Positions 1 through 10,567 of a stretch of DNA of 64,000 nucleotides are shown here, one piece after another. A model generated the notes under the pieces. That model saw nothing but the letters and a program-made list of their open reading frames with translations, had not been told where the DNA came from and made no database searches. Both the position numbers and the translations under genes were made by a program. Each line of letters opens with the position of its first letter. Position 1 is the first letter of the stretch. The stretch comes from an uncultured Gammaproteobacteria bacterium (lineage in GTDB: Bacteria; Pseudomonadota; Gammaproteobacteria; Chromatiales; Chromatiaceae): assembly GCA_937926265.1 (NCBI GenBank), contig CALAZS010000130.1:2796-66795 (forward strand), read 5' to 3'.

Positions 1-851
1 AACAGCGTCTGACCTTCCGAATTACCAAAAAATTCAAGTTGCGCTTTTACTGGCACACCGAATGTAAAACCACTGGTATCAAAGCCCGGCTCAAATTCAG
101 GCATTGGACGCGCATACTCATCACCAGCATCAAATGCTGCGGCAACATTAAAAACCTTGCTTGCATCGTCAATGCAGACCGTAAAAATTGACACACAGTC
201 GAGTGAACGACATGCCGGCACTACACCCGAATTACTCAGCAAACCACGTGAGGGTTTTAAACCTACCAGGTTATTGAAAGCAGCAGGTACTCTGCCAGAA
301 CCCGCGGTATCAGTACCCAGTGAAAAACTTACCTGGCCCAGGGCAACAGCAATGGCCGAACCTGAACTGGAACCACCTGAAATATAATCGGCATTGATAC
401 TGTTTTTACCCGGACCGTATGGTGATCTGGTGCCCACCAGCCCAGTCGCAAACTGATCCAGATTGGTCTTTCCAATCGGGATTGCTCCTGCCTGTATCAA
501 ACAAGCAACCACATAGGCATGACTGTCAGGCTGGTATGCATAGTCCGGGCAGGCCGCTGTGGTTGGCAGATCAGCAAGATCAATGTTGTCTTTTATAGCA
601 AATGGTATTCCATATAAGGGTTTTGACTGATCATCAAAATCACCTAAATCATCAAGATAGCAATCCAGTTGTTCAGGTGACAGGCGACTGATCCAGGCAT
701 TATGGTCAGGCTGTTCATCAATACGCTGCTGAACCAGTTCAATCACGTCTTTGGGTGTAAACTGTTCATCTCTATAGCCGTTGTGAAGCGTATTGATATC
801 CAGGCTGATATTTTTACTGATGTTATTATTCATTTTAGTATGCGTCGTCAT
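1..851 (-). CDS. Allophanate hydrolase (amidase-signature enzyme), N-terminal ~283 codons; 3' end lies beyond window start
   Basis: Absent from the ORF track because it runs off the edge. Reverse translation from ATG at 849-851 gives MTTHTKMNNNISKN...LYGIPFAIKDNIDL...GGSSSGSAIAVALG...GTDTAGSGRVPAAFNN (amidase Gly/Ser-rich signature). Starts 21 nt after the carboxylase stop. Confidence 0.85.
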   Translation of the reverse strand, partial: MTTHTKMNNNISKNISLDINTLHNGYRDEQFTPKDVIELVQQRIDEQPDHNAWISRLSPEQLDCYLDDLGDFDDQSKPLYGIPFAIKDNIDLADLPTTAACPDYAYQPDSHAYVVACLIQAGAIPIGKTNLDQFATGLVGTRSPYGPGKNSINADYISGGSSSGSAIAVALGQVSFSLGTDTAGSGRVPAAFNNLVGLKPSRGLLSNSGVVPACRSLDCVSIFTVCIDDASKVFNVAAAFDAGDEYARPMPEFEPGFDTSGFTFGVPVKAQLEFFGNSEGQTL

Positions 852-872
852 GGTCTTGTTCCTGCTCCACTC

Positions 873-3800
873 TTATGACTGTTCAAGTCTTAAAACAATC
901 AAAGCCTGACCAGCTGATATGGAAGCTCCCTGCTGACACAAAATTTCTTCCACGACCCCTATCTCATCTGACTCAATTGGAATTTCCATTTTCATTGCTT
1001 CCAGCACCAGCAGTTCCTGGCCAGGCTCAACCCTCTCACCGGGCTTAACCATTAGCTTCCAGACACTGCCTGTTACCGGTGATGCAATGGCAATGCAGCC
1101 AGCAGGAATTTCAAATGGCGCATCACTGCTGGCTACTTCATCCGGTATTTCCTGATCAAAAGAAGCCTGCCCGGTTTCTTCCCAACGTTGTCTTTCGGCT
1201 TCAAAGGCTGATTGTTGAGTTGACTTAAACGCTTCAATTGACGCTGCATTGTCAGCTAAAAATGCCAGGTACTCTTTTAACTTCAGCGTTGTATTTTCTA
1301 TCTTCAGGCTTGCACGGCCCAGAGGGAAATCGCGTCGCCATTGCTGCAGCTCCTCCCGGGAAACTTCGTAAAAATGTATCTGGTCAAAAAAGCGCAACAA
1401 CCATTGACGTCCATCAATAAAGTCTGCGGTTTGCCGGTAGCGATTCCACATCTGTATTGTACGACCAACAAACTGGTAACCTCCCGGCCCCTCCATTCCA
1501 TAGACACACATATAGGCACCACCGATGCCCACGGCGTTCTCAGGTGTCCAGGTTCGTGCAGGGTTATATTTTGTGGTCACCAGGCGATGACGCGGATCTA
1601 CCGGTGTAGCAACCGGCGCTCCAAGATATACATCACCAAGCCCCATAACAAGGTAACTTGCGTTAAAAACAATTTGCTTTACATCCTCAATTGATTCGAG
1701 ACCGTTGATTCTTCGAATAAACTCGATATTACTCGGGCACCAGGGCGCATCCGGCCGGACTGACTGCATATACTTTTCGATTGCCAGCCTGGTTGATGGG
1801 TCGTCCCATGACAATGGTAAATGGACAATACGGCTGGGCACCTCCATATCAGCAATAGCTGGTAATTCACTTTCAGCCTGCAGCAGCAAATCAAGTAATT
1901 GCATCTGACTGATTTGCTGATTATCAAAGTGCACCTGTAAAGAACGAATACCCGGAGTCAGGTCAATCAGGCCCTTAAGCTGCTTGGCATTAATCCATTG
2001 CATCAGGGCATGTACTCGGAATCTAAGATTTAAGTCCAGAACCTGTGGTCCATATTCTATTAAAAGATTTTCATCGCCTGACTGACGATAACAGACATCT
2101 ATTTGCTGTCCGCTTTTACCTGCTGTTTTTCTAAGTAATACAGGATCGGCTGTTTCGCCCGGCACCAGGCCGTTTATGTCAGGTAATTTATCTGTTTTGA
2201 ATTCATTAATTATTGCCTGCTGATGACATGCAAGACTGGCAGCCTCATCAACTGAAACACAATGAAAACGGATTTTATCTCCCGGCTTGAGCTGTCCCAT
2301 TTTCCAAAGATCAGCCTGAATTATCGTTGCCGGACAGACAAACCCTCCCAGGCTTGGGCCATCAGGTCCAAGAATGATTGGCATATCACCGGTAAAATCA
2401 ATGGCACCGATGGCATAGGCATTATCATGAATATTTGATGGATGCAGTCCTGCCTCCCCGCCATCCTCGCGAGCCCAGGCTGGTTTAGGTCCAATTAACC
2501 GAACACCGGTGCGGCTGGAATTATAGTGAACTTCATAATCTGTCGAGAACAGTGTTTTTATATCTTCCTCTGTAAAAAAATCAGGTGCGCCATGCGGGCC
2601 ATACATGACATTGATATCCCAGTGATCGGGATAACTTGGTATTAAGGTCTGAGGGAGTTTTTCATAATCTATGGCACCTTTATTCTGTTTATATAGCCTT
2701 AAAACATCGCCAACCCTTAATGCCCGGCCCGCGTGACCGCCAAACTTGCCCAGCGTAAATGTAGTTCGCGAACCCATATACTGTGGAACATCAAATCCAT
2801 CTTTAACCGCCAGGTAGGTTCGATTACCCTGACCTTCAATGGTCCGTAACTTTAAAATGCTGCCTGCTTTTACAGGTATAGCTTGCCAGTATTCAACTTC
2901 TTTGCCATCAAGTAATGCTTTCATCTTTGCGCCGGTAAGCGCAATGACAGTATCGGCATTAAATTGCAGGCTGGGGCCGGTTACTGTCATCTCAAGACCA
3001 GCAGCGTCATCATTGTTGCCGAGGATTCGATTGGCCAGACGAAATGCATATGTGTCCATCGGGCCGGATGGTGGCACACCAATATCCCAGTAACCAATAC
3101 GCCCGGGATAATCGACAATAAAGCTCTGAGTGCCCGGCGAAACAACGTCAATAGTTAACGGTGCGAAGTTAAATTTATCCAGGTACCTGGTAAAATGACG
3201 GGCTTTAACAAATACCTCATCCTGGATTATGCTGCCAAGGTACTCAAGGTTTGTTTCGATCCCGTATAAATGTGTGGCTTTTATGGCGTTGAAAAGCTTC
3301 CCCCGAACACTATCGCGATTATTGTCATGAGCAATCAGCTTGGCAATCATCGGATCATAAAAAGCAGGTACCTCACTCCCTTGTTCCACCCATGTATCTA
3401 CACGGACATTGTCTGGAAAACAAACATCGGAAAGCAAGCCTGGGCAAGGCTGAAATTTTTTGCCCGGATCCTCGGCATATATTCGGACCTGCATTGCGTG
3501 ACCATTTGGCTGGTGCTTATAATCAGCAAGAGAGGCATTATCATCGGCAGCAGTCCGAATCATCCACTCAACCAGGTCAACACCGGTAACCATCTCGGTA
3601 ACACCGTGCTCTACCTGTAACCGCGTATTAACCTCAAGAAAATAAAACTCATTGCTTAAAGAGTCATAAACATACTCCACCGTACCGGCTGAGCGATAGT
3701 TTACTGCCTTACCCAGATTAACGGCCGCCGTCATCAGGCGCTGACGTAATTCTTCTGATATGTCAGGTGCCGGGGTTTCTTCTATGACTTTCTGGTTTCG

Positions 3801-4496
3801 CCGCTGTACTGAACAGTCACGCTCCCCAAGCGCCACAACATGACCCTTACCATCACCGAATATCTGGACTTCAATGTGCCTTGCTTTTTCAACATACTTT
3901 TCCAGAAAGATACCGCCCTGGCTAAAATTACTTCGCGCAAGGCGTTCCACTGAATGAAACGCATCTGAAAGCTCTTGTTCTGACCAGCATAGTTGCATAC
4001 CTATACCACCGCCACCAGCAGTGCTTTTCAGCATTACAGGATAACCAATGGCCAAAGCTTCTCGCCTGGCATGATCTAAATCATCAAGCAACCCGGTACC
4101 GGGTAATAAAGGTACATTGTTATCTTTAGCTAATGACCTGGCAGTATGCTTCAGACCAAAGTCTCGCATTTGCCTGGGTGTGGGACCTATGAAAGCTATG
4201 TTGTGCTGTTCGCAGGTTTCCGCAAACTCTGCGTTCTCACTTAAGAACCCATAACCGGGATGAACAGCCTCTGCTCCAAAGTCCTTAGCTACCTGCAATA
4301 TTTTTTGAGTATCAAGATAACTTTCGGAAGCGGGACCTGGGCCAATACATACAGCCTCATCTGCTTCAGAAACATGCAGCGAGGCCTCGTCGGCCTCTGA
4401 ATAAACAGCCAGGGACTTAATCCCCATCGACTTCAAGGTTCGAATTATGCGGCAGGCAATTGTACCGCGGTTGGCAATTAATACTTTTTTAAACAT
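873..4496 (-). CDS. Urea/guanidine carboxylase (biotin carboxylase + KipI/KipA-type carboxyltransferase + biotinyl domain)
   Basis: 1207-aa ORF. N-terminal ATP-grasp biotin carboxylase ([27 protein letters not shown]), large central carboxyltransferase region, C-terminal biotinylation motif LEAMKME. The guanidine-II riboswitch candidate directly upstream favours guanidine as substrate. Confidence 0.9.
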   Translation of the reverse strand: MFKKVLIANRGTIACRIIRTLKSMGIKSLAVYSEADEASLHVSEADEAVCIGPGPASESYLDTQKILQVAKDFGAEAVHPGYGFLSENAEFAETCEQHNIAFIGPTPRQMRDFGLKHTARSLAKDNNVPLLPGTGLLDDLDHARREALAIGYPVMLKSTAGGGGIGMQLCWSEQELSDAFHSVERLARSNFSQGGIFLEKYVEKARHIEVQIFGDGKGHVVALGERDCSVQRRNQKVIEETPAPDISEELRQRLMTAAVNLGKAVNYRSAGTVEYVYDSLSNEFYFLEVNTRLQVEHGVTEMVTGVDLVEWMIRTAADDNASLADYKHQPNGHAMQVRIYAEDPGKKFQPCPGLLSDVCFPDNVRVDTWVEQGSEVPAFYDPMIAKLIAHDNNRDSVRGKLFNAIKATHLYGIETNLEYLGSIIQDEVFVKARHFTRYLDKFNFAPLTIDVVSPGTQSFIVDYPGRIGYWDIGVPPSGPMDTYAFRLANRILGNNDDAAGLEMTVTGPSLQFNADTVIALTGAKMKALLDGKEVEYWQAIPVKAGSILKLRTIEGQGNRTYLAVKDGFDVPQYMGSRTTFTLGKFGGHAGRALRVGDVLRLYKQNKGAIDYEKLPQTLIPSYPDHWDINVMYGPHGAPDFFTEEDIKTLFSTDYEVHYNSSRTGVRLIGPKPAWAREDGGEAGLHPSNIHDNAYAIGAIDFTGDMPIILGPDGPSLGGFVCPATIIQADLWKMGQLKPGDKIRFHCVSVDEAASLACHQQAIINEFKTDKLPDINGLVPGETADPVLLRKTAGKSGQQIDVCYRQSGDENLLIEYGPQVLDLNLRFRVHALMQWINAKQLKGLIDLTPGIRSLQVHFDNQQISQMQLLDLLLQAESELPAIADMEVPSRIVHLPLSWDDPSTRLAIEKYMQSVRPDAPWCPSNIEFIRRINGLESIEDVKQIVFNASYLVMGLGDVYLGAPVATPVDPRHRLVTTKYNPARTWTPENAVGIGGAYMCVYGMEGPGGYQFVGRTIQMWNRYRQTADFIDGRQWLLRFFDQIHFYEVSREELQQWRRDFPLGRASLKIENTTLKLKEYLAFLADNAASIEAFKSTQQSAFEAERQRWEETGQASFDQEIPDEVASSDAPFEIPAGCIAIASPVTGSVWKLMVKPGERVEPGQELLVLEAMKMEIPIESDEIGVVEEILCQQGASISAGQALIVLRLEQS

Positions 4497-4507
4497 AGGA
4501 TAATGCC

Positions 4508-4527
4508 GTAATACTTAGTCGTATTAC
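4508..4527 (-). promoter_or_regulatory. GTAATAC-N6-GTATTAC perfect inverted repeat between riboswitch and carboxylase start codon (RNA hairpin and/or operator)
   Basis: Read directly: 7-bp arms at 4508-4514 and 4521-4527. The same heptamer recurs at 11558-11564 and 11579-11585 in the operon leader. Confidence 0.4.
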
Positions 4528-4541
4528 CAGCTAGTATTAAT

Positions 4542-4588
4542 GGCAGGTCGTCCTACCGTTTTACCACATCGTCGGGTCGTCCCGGCGA
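4542..4588 (-). promoter_or_regulatory. Guanidine-II (mini-ykkC) riboswitch candidate
   Basis: Minus-strand RNA has two hairpins. P1 is UCG-C-CGGG[ACGA]CCCG-A-CGA (4588..4569) and P2 is GGUAGG[ACGA]CCUGCC (4557..4542). Both are GC-rich stems capped by ACGR tetraloops closed by GG/CC, with an 11-nt linker. The element lies 23 nt after the DUF1989 stop and 45 nt before the carboxylase ATG. Confidence 0.75.
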
Positions 4589-4610
4589 AGATCAAATTAT
4601 GTGATTTTTG

Positions 4611-5249
4611 TCAGTCCCAGATCAGTACTTCAACAGGTGTAGGGTTATAGGCATTACAGGGATTGTTCAATTGCGGGCAATTGGATATTAAAACGATAAC
4701 ATTCATTGCAGCCTTTAACTCAACATATTTACCGGGTGACGAAATACCATCTTCAAATGTCAAACCACCATCCGGTGTGACTGGCACATTCATAAAAAAA
4801 TTAATATTGTGGGTAATATCTCTTTTGCTCATTCCATACTGTTCATTTTCGGCTATAGCCAGCATCCAGCTATCCCGACAGGCATGCATACACTTTTTAT
4901 CCAATGCATAGCGAACCGTATTACTTTCCGTGGCACATGCCCCACCTATGGTATCGTGTCTCCCACAAGTATCCGCGACAATCTCCAACATAAGATTCAT
5001 TTCATTAGAGAGCAGTTTAGTGCCAGTAGTCAGGTAAACATTACCCTGTTCCCTTATGGTATCGATGGCACTGTAGCGCTCACCCGGATCGTCGGCGTTA
5101 TAAAACAAAGTATCAGCAGCCTGGTTACCTTCAAGATCCAGAATCCTCACCGTCTGACCTGCCTTGACAACCTGCATATAGTAATCGCCGGCAAGCACCA
5201 TCTTTCTATCGCAGGCATCTTCAGGTTTAAGGGTACTCTCTTTAATCAT
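4611..5249 (-). CDS. DUF1989 / urea-carboxylase-associated protein (carboxyguanidine deiminase CgdAB-like subunit)
   Basis: 212-aa ORF, paralogous to the upstream 248-aa ORF with an 8-nt overlap. It occupies the conserved position next to the carboxylase. Confidence 0.75.
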   Translation of the reverse strand: MIKESTLKPEDACDRKMVLAGDYYMQVVKAGQTVRILDLEGNQAADTLFYNADDPGERYSAIDTIREQGNVYLTTGTKLLSNEMNLMLEIVADTCGRHDTIGGACATESNTVRYALDKKCMHACRDSWMLAIAENEQYGMSKRDITHNINFFMNVPVTPDGGLTFEDGISSPGKYVELKAAMNVIVLISNCPQLNNPCNAYNPTPVEVLIWD

Positions 5250-5988
5250 GGCAACATCCCTGCCCTAAATGGAAAATTTCATTGTTTTTAAAGCCCCGTT
5301 GATTTTCTGGTCTGAAATTCATACAGAAGTCATCGGGTTGAATTTCAGCTGCCTGGCGTATTTCATATTTAACAGGTTTTTGCGGATATTCAGTGGCCGG
5401 GTTTAAAGGATGCGGACAGGTGTGGAATAACACCAGCGTGTCCATTTCAAAACGCAGCTCTATGTAGTCCCCGGCTTTACTGTTGTTTTCGATATATTTC
5501 AAATTACCCTGTTCATCAACCGTGACGCCGCTGAAAAGATTAAGATTTGAAGCCATGTCTTTACGTCCTAGTCCATGCTTGGCCAATTCAACCAGGAAAC
5601 TGTTGTAACCATTCTGGTTCCAGTCGTTATGATAATCCTGGTAGGTTTTTTCACCCCATTTTTCTTTTACTGTTTTGCTGGTGGTATTACCACAAACGGT
5701 TTCATGCCAACCGACAGTATCTTCAACAATCGAGCAAAATACCCTGCCCATATCTGAATAAAGACAATTCCCCTTGGTTAGCTTGAAGGTATGCTGGCAT
5801 TTCAGGGTATCTGGTGCGTTGTACTTTTCCAGTAAGTTGGTCGGGTTATAGAACAACATACCAACGTTGGCTCCACCTGTTTCATCAATCAGTCTTAAGC
5901 AGGTTCCCTTGCGCATAAGCAAAGACCAGTGGCAACCACCAGCCAGCTGATCTTCATATAAAACTGTTCCGGGCTCTATTGTTTTCAT
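5242..5988 (-). CDS. DUF1989 / urea-carboxylase-associated protein (carboxyguanidine deiminase CgdAB-like subunit)
   Basis: 248-aa ORF, the larger paralog of the pair that typically precedes urea/guanidine carboxylase genes. Confidence 0.75.
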   Translation of the reverse strand: MKTIEPGTVLYEDQLAGGCHWSLLMRKGTCLRLIDETGGANVGMLFYNPTNLLEKYNAPDTLKCQHTFKLTKGNCLYSDMGRVFCSIVEDTVGWHETVCGNTTSKTVKEKWGEKTYQDYHNDWNQNGYNSFLVELAKHGLGRKDMASNLNLFSGVTVDEQGNLKYIENNSKAGDYIELRFEMDTLVLFHTCPHPLNPATEYPQKPVKYEIRQAAEIQPDDFCMNFRPENQRGFKNNEIFHLGQGCCHD

Positions 5989-6000
5989 ATTTACCCCTTT

Positions 6001-6480
6001 CTATAGCCTTTCTTTATCTTGGATTTCAGGCAGAGGATGTAACGGCGGAATGATAGCTGCTGACATTAGCAACTTACCACTGATAACACCCCTGCAGGTT
6101 TTCATTTTATTAGCGATTAATTTTAATTTTTCTCCCGGCCCCTGAACCAGAATCACCGCCATGGTCTTTTTTTGTTCCAGGTTAACATTCAATACACTAA
6201 TGACTTCATCTATAAATTCATGCATTAAATCTGACAACTTTCTCTGTAACCCTGGTACAGAATAGTCATATATCAGGTTAATTGTACCGGCCATAATTTC
6301 TTCACCTACATCCTGCCTATGTTCAACCAGTTGCTGATGAATCATGTCCGCCATTGCCCGGGAGCGGCTTTCATAACCCTTTTCATCAACCATCTGATCA
6401 AACTCAAGCGCCAGATTCTCGGGTAACGACACACTGATACGACTGACTCTGCGCTGGCTTTTCGGGTTGACCTGCTTCAT
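6001..6480 (-). CDS. NikR-fold (ribbon-helix-helix + ACT-like) transcriptional regulator lacking the canonical Ni ligands
   Basis: 159-aa ORF. The N-terminal RHH (RISVSLPENLALEFDQMVDEKGYESRSRAMADMI) matches the NikR/CopG pattern. The C-terminal domain aligns by eye to the NikR metal-binding domain, but HxH...C is replaced by NVN...T. Confidence 0.65.
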   Translation of the reverse strand: MKQVNPKSQRRVSRISVSLPENLALEFDQMVDEKGYESRSRAMADMIHQQLVEHRQDVGEEIMAGTINLIYDYSVPGLQRKLSDLMHEFIDEVISVLNVNLEQKKTMAVILVQGPGEKLKLIANKMKTCRGVISGKLLMSAAIIPPLHPLPEIQDKERL

Positions 6481-6496
6481 ACCTGCTTCATATATG

Positions 6497-7858
6497 TTAA
6501 AACAAGTGACTGTAACGATCTATTTCCCAGCTTGATATCGTCTGGTGATACTCATTCCATTCCTGGCGTTTATAGCGAATAAACTCATCCCTGAGTGGTT
6601 TGCCAAGCACTTCTGTAACAAGGGGGTCGGCTTCGAACGCATCCACTGCCTCCAGCAGGTTTTTGGGTAAAAACTCTATGCCCCGCTCGGCCCTTTGTTC
6701 CTCGGTTAGTTCGTAAAGGTTATCTTCCTGTGGATTACCCGGATCAATCGATTCTTTAATACCTTCAAGTCCCGCTGCCAATGCCAGCGTTGCAGCAAGA
6801 TAAGGATTAACAGCGCCATCAGCATTACGTGACTCACAACGCCCACCACCCATCGGTACGCGAATCGAATTTGTTCGGTTATTAGAGCCGAAAGAATTGA
6901 ACACCGGTGCCCAGGTAAAATAAGGCATGTCACCCTGGCGTACCAAGCGCTTGTAACTGTTGACGGTAGGAGCAAAGGCCGCACAGAGTGCCTTGCCATG
7001 CTTGATAATGCCGCCAATGAAGTTATAACCCAGCGGGGTTAATCCTAGTCCTTTTGGGTCTTCAGCAGGATCACAGGCAAAAAGGTTTTTACCACTGTTT
7101 ATGTCATATAACGACATATTGAAATGCGCCCCATTACCCGTCTTATCTGCAAAAGGCTTTGGCATAAATGTCGCGATCAGCCCCTCCTGCTTGGCATATT
7201 CTTTCGCCATGAGACGTAAAAATATATAACGGTCACAACTGGTAACTGCATCGGCATACATGAAATCAAATTCGTATTGCCCATTGGCATCTTCATGGTC
7301 GAACGAGTAAAGGTCCCAGCCCAGGGCATTTATTGTCGAGGCCATTTTATCTAGCCAACCAAACTGATCTAGAAAGCCGCGAGCATCGTAACAGGGCTTG
7401 GTTAACTTATCGTCCGGATTTGGAATACTTAATGAGCCATCTTCATTTTGCTTCAATACAAAAACTTCTGCTTCGATACCCAGGTTAAAACCAAAGCCCA
7501 TATCGGCTGCCTGTGATAAAACATTCTTCAAGGCAACACGGGTATTTAATGCATAAGGCTCGCCTTTAAAGGTATTGTCTGCCGGCATCCAGGCCACTTC
7601 AGGCTGCCATGGCAGCTGGATGATATGGTCAAGGTCGGGTAACGATGCAATCTCATCATCGTTAGGTGCCTGGCCAAGACCATCCAGTGCATAGCCGGTA
7701 TACAATTCAGAACCATGCGCCATATGTTCAAGATGTTCAATTGGTACAACTTTACCCTTTGGTACTCCATGAATATCAACATAGGCACCCAGACAATATT
7801 TGACGCCCAATGAAGTAAGCTTATCCTGAATCTCCTTTATTTCCTGCGAACTTTTCAT
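6497..7858 (-). CDS. Glutamine synthetase-like ATP-dependent ligase (GS family, PuuA/GmaS-like size)
   Basis: 453-aa ORF with GS catalytic-domain blocks ([48 protein letters not shown]). ATGA overlap with the upstream creatininase-like gene. Confidence 0.8.
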   Translation of the reverse strand: MKSSQEIKEIQDKLTSLGVKYCLGAYVDIHGVPKGKVVPIEHLEHMAHGSELYTGYALDGLGQAPNDDEIASLPDLDHIIQLPWQPEVAWMPADNTFKGEPYALNTRVALKNVLSQAADMGFGFNLGIEAEVFVLKQNEDGSLSIPNPDDKLTKPCYDARGFLDQFGWLDKMASTINALGWDLYSFDHEDANGQYEFDFMYADAVTSCDRYIFLRLMAKEYAKQEGLIATFMPKPFADKTGNGAHFNMSLYDINSGKNLFACDPAEDPKGLGLTPLGYNFIGGIIKHGKALCAAFAPTVNSYKRLVRQGDMPYFTWAPVFNSFGSNNRTNSIRVPMGGGRCESRNADGAVNPYLAATLALAAGLEGIKESIDPGNPQEDNLYELTEEQRAERGIEFLPKNLLEAVDAFEADPLVTEVLGKPLRDEFIRYKRQEWNEYHQTISSWEIDRYSHLF

Positions 7859-8637
7859 AATTCACTTTCCATGCTGATTGCTTCGGAATAACCAAAGGGT
7901 AATGGCGGGATTTCCTGCATACCTTTTTTGACAGTTTCACTTAAATCTTCAACCATCCATTCAAACAACTGTTGACCTTTATCAGCACTTGCAAGACTTG
8001 GTTTACCTGTTACACCATTTTTGCTGGTTCGGTTTACAGGATGGGAAAATACACAATTTTCAGTTCGGTCTTCATCATCACAATCCTGTATACGATCGGA
8101 ACGGACCATCTTAGGACTCAAGGCCATCATCAACGAGGTTTCAGCGTCATTGGCATGCCAGTCATCAGCATCATGAAAGTGGGCTTGTTTTACACGTTCA
8201 CTGATTGAGGCTGAATTGATCAGGGCGATCATGAAATCATCGTATTCGGCACGCAACATCTCTAAAGCACAACGCAGTGGCGCGAAGTTGGTGACATGCG
8301 TATTAATAATAAACAGACGCTTAAAACCAGATGCATAGACCCAATCGCCAATCTGTTTAACGATATCGATCAGAGTCTTTGGTTGTAAAGCAATCGTTCC
8401 TGGCCAGCGTTTCGAATGACCTATTGAGCAGCCAAAAGATTGAGTTGGCAATAAAGCCGCACCGGTTTTTTCAGCAACAGCTTCACACAAGTGCGATGCA
8501 ATATCGGCATCCATACCGCAACCCATATGTGGACCATGTTGTTCAGTTGCACCCACTGGAAGGATGGCTGTGTCCATACCGTTTGAAATCAATTCACCAA
8601 CCTCTTCCCAGGTCATGGTGTGCCATTTGTTCAGCAT
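7855..8637 (-). CDS. Creatininase-family amidohydrolase
   Basis: 260-aa ORF with family motifs [26 protein letters not shown] and HANDAETS. Its start codon abuts the TAG stop of the ABC ATPase gene. Confidence 0.8.
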   Translation of the reverse strand: MLNKWHTMTWEEVGELISNGMDTAILPVGATEQHGPHMGCGMDADIASHLCEAVAEKTGAALLPTQSFGCSIGHSKRWPGTIALQPKTLIDIVKQIGDWVYASGFKRLFIINTHVTNFAPLRCALEMLRAEYDDFMIALINSASISERVKQAHFHDADDWHANDAETSLMMALSPKMVRSDRIQDCDDEDRTENCVFSHPVNRTSKNGVTGKPSLASADKGQQLFEWMVEDLSETVKKGMQEIPPLPFGYSEAISMESEL

Positions 8638-9561
8638 CTAGAAAACGCTCTCTACCTCATTATCAACGCCCACCATTCGTACCATATTGAGATGATCACT
8701 GTTGACACCCTCCTCTTCTTCAGAAGGTGGATGAATCAATTCTTCAAGGCGTTTTTTGGTGGCTAGAAACTCAGCGGACAGAAGCTGCTCTGGAGATCTT
8801 GGCTGCGGCACGGGCACTTCAATAATCTCATTGACTTCTCCTGGATGGGCTTTTAATACCAGGATACGATCCGCCAGATAAATGGCTTCATCCAAATCAT
8901 GCGTAATAAAGAAAATCGTGATATCAATGTTTTGCCAGATTTCCATGAGATACTGCTGCATCTTGGCACGGGTTTGCGCATCCAGTGCGCCGTAAGGCTC
9001 ATCCATCAATAAGATACGCGGCTGATTGGCCAAAGCCCTGGCTATAGCGACACGTTGTTTCATACCACCCGACAACTCATGTGGGTAGCTATCTTCAAAT
9101 TTACCCAAGCCAACCAGGTCGATCCATTGACGCGCATCTTCCTCTGCCAGCACTTTACTGTGGCCTGATTGTTCTAAACCAAACATGACGTTTCGCTTAA
9201 CGGTCAGCCACGGAAACAAAGTATAACCCTGAAACACCATGCCACGATCAGGGCCAGGACCCTGTACCGGTTTGCCATCAAGTATAATTTCACCGGAAGT
9301 CGGCGTTTCCAAGCCAGCTAGAATCCGAATCAGTGTAGACTTACCACATCCGGAAGGGCCGATCACACAAACGAATTCTCGCTTGTGTACGGTAAAGTTT
9401 ATGTCTTTTAAAGCAGTGACCTTAGCCCCGGTTGGGGTTTCAAACTGCTTGTAAAGATTTTTAATCTCCAATGCTATTGGGCGTTGTTTTATCCGGGCAA
9501 AGCGATCTTTAACGTCTTCGTCTTGATCAAGGTAGCTGGGCAAATCGACTAAATGTTCCAT
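8638..9561 (-). CDS. ABC transporter ATP-binding protein (NitT/TauT family)
   Basis: 307-aa ORF with Walker [10 protein letters not shown], signature LSGGMKQR and Walker B LLMDEP. Confidence 0.9.
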   Translation of the reverse strand: MEHLVDLPSYLDQDEDVKDRFARIKQRPIALEIKNLYKQFETPTGAKVTALKDINFTVHKREFVCVIGPSGCGKSTLIRILAGLETPTSGEIILDGKPVQGPGPDRGMVFQGYTLFPWLTVKRNVMFGLEQSGHSKVLAEEDARQWIDLVGLGKFEDSYPHELSGGMKQRVAIARALANQPRILLMDEPYGALDAQTRAKMQQYLMEIWQNIDITIFFITHDLDEAIYLADRILVLKAHPGEVNEIIEVPVPQPRSPEQLLSAEFLATKKRLEELIHPPSEEEEGVNSDHLNMVRMVGVDNEVESVF

Positions 9562-9573
9562 AACAATATGTCC

Positions 9574-10539
9574 TTAAGCTTTTGCTTTTCTTTGCCATGG
9601 GAACAAGCGTTTACCCATCTGCGCAAGTATGAGATCGGTCGCCAATCCAATAATGCCAATAATCATGATCGCGGCAAAAACATTATCAAAGTTTTTATAG
9701 CGTGCCTGCTGAGTGATAAACCAGGTAATTCCTGAGCTGGTACCAATCAATTCGGCGACGATCAGATAGGTCCAGGCCCAGCCAAGCAAAATTCGCATAT
9801 CACGATAAAGATCGGGCAATACGCCTGGCACAACTACTCTGAATAACAAGGCTTTATTTTTTGCACCCAGTGTTTGAGCGGCTTCAAGTAATGATGGATC
9901 AAGCTTGCGCGTGGTATTGGAGATGACCAATACCTGTTGGAAAAAAGTACCAATGAAAATAATGGCGATTTTGGGGGCATGATGAATACCCAAAATTGCT
10001 ACTGCCAGCGCACCAAAAGCCGGTGCTGGCAGGTAACGAAAGAATTCAATAAACGGTTCAAACAACCGTGAGAAAAAATCATAGGTGCCAGCCAGAATCC
10101 CTAACGGCACACCAATTAATGAGGAAAGGAAAAATCCCCAGAAAATAACCTGAATACTGTCCCAAAGGCTTTCATGCAGCCATTTTTCAGTTCGTCTCTT
10201 TGGTGGTGTAGTAAAGGCGGTATAAAAAGCTTCAGCCACCTCATGTGGCGCAGGCAGATAGATAGGGTTTGCTGGATCGCCCTGGGGAAGCGTCTTACTG
10301 GCTTCTTTCGCCTTTAAAGACTCTTCATCAAACAGCTCACGATCTACAAGCATTCCTTCTTTGAAATAGGAAACTGCACCGGGTTCGGTTATTTCTACTT
10401 TAGGGTGCCACAACCAGGGCACATAACTGACCAGGCACCAGAGCAGAAGAGGTAATGCAAAGCTCATTACAGTAATCATGACACGAGACCTTGGCCTCAG
10501 TTCTTTTCGAACTGCAAACAGTTGTTTGAATGAACTCAT
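9574..10539 (-). CDS. ABC transporter permease (NitT/TauT family)
   Basis: 321-aa polytopic ORF with an EAA-type loop (LEAAQTLGAKNKALLFRVVVPGVLP). Confidence 0.85.
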   Translation of the reverse strand: MSSFKQLFAVRKELRPRSRVMITVMSFALPLLLWCLVSYVPWLWHPKVEITEPGAVSYFKEGMLVDRELFDEESLKAKEASKTLPQGDPANPIYLPAPHEVAEAFYTAFTTPPKRRTEKWLHESLWDSIQVIFWGFFLSSLIGVPLGILAGTYDFFSRLFEPFIEFFRYLPAPAFGALAVAILGIHHAPKIAIIFIGTFFQQVLVISNTTRKLDPSLLEAAQTLGAKNKALLFRVVVPGVLPDLYRDMRILLGWAWTYLIVAELIGTSSGITWFITQQARYKNFDNVFAAIMIIGIIGLATDLILAQMGKRLFPWQRKAKA

Positions 10540-10567
10540 GTACTTCTCCCGCTCCGGACTACCCGAA

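Noticed and set aside
157-387. 76-aa plus-strand ORF in the ORF track
   Set aside because: It lies antisense inside the clearly recognisable allophanate hydrolase reading frame (amidase signature on the minus strand). It has no SD or family resemblance, so it is a shadow ORF.
4521-4530. CTGGTAATAC (minus sense) as a second sigma54 -24 element
   Set aside because: No GC dinucleotide lies at the required N10 spacing (it reads AA). The similarity to the true promoter at 11593-11608 is limited to the CTGGTAAT stretch.
4809-5291. 160-aa plus-strand ORF overlapping both DUF1989 genes
   Set aside because: It is antisense to two well-supported, tightly packed CDSs. Its composition is typical of a complementary-strand frame, and it has no start context.
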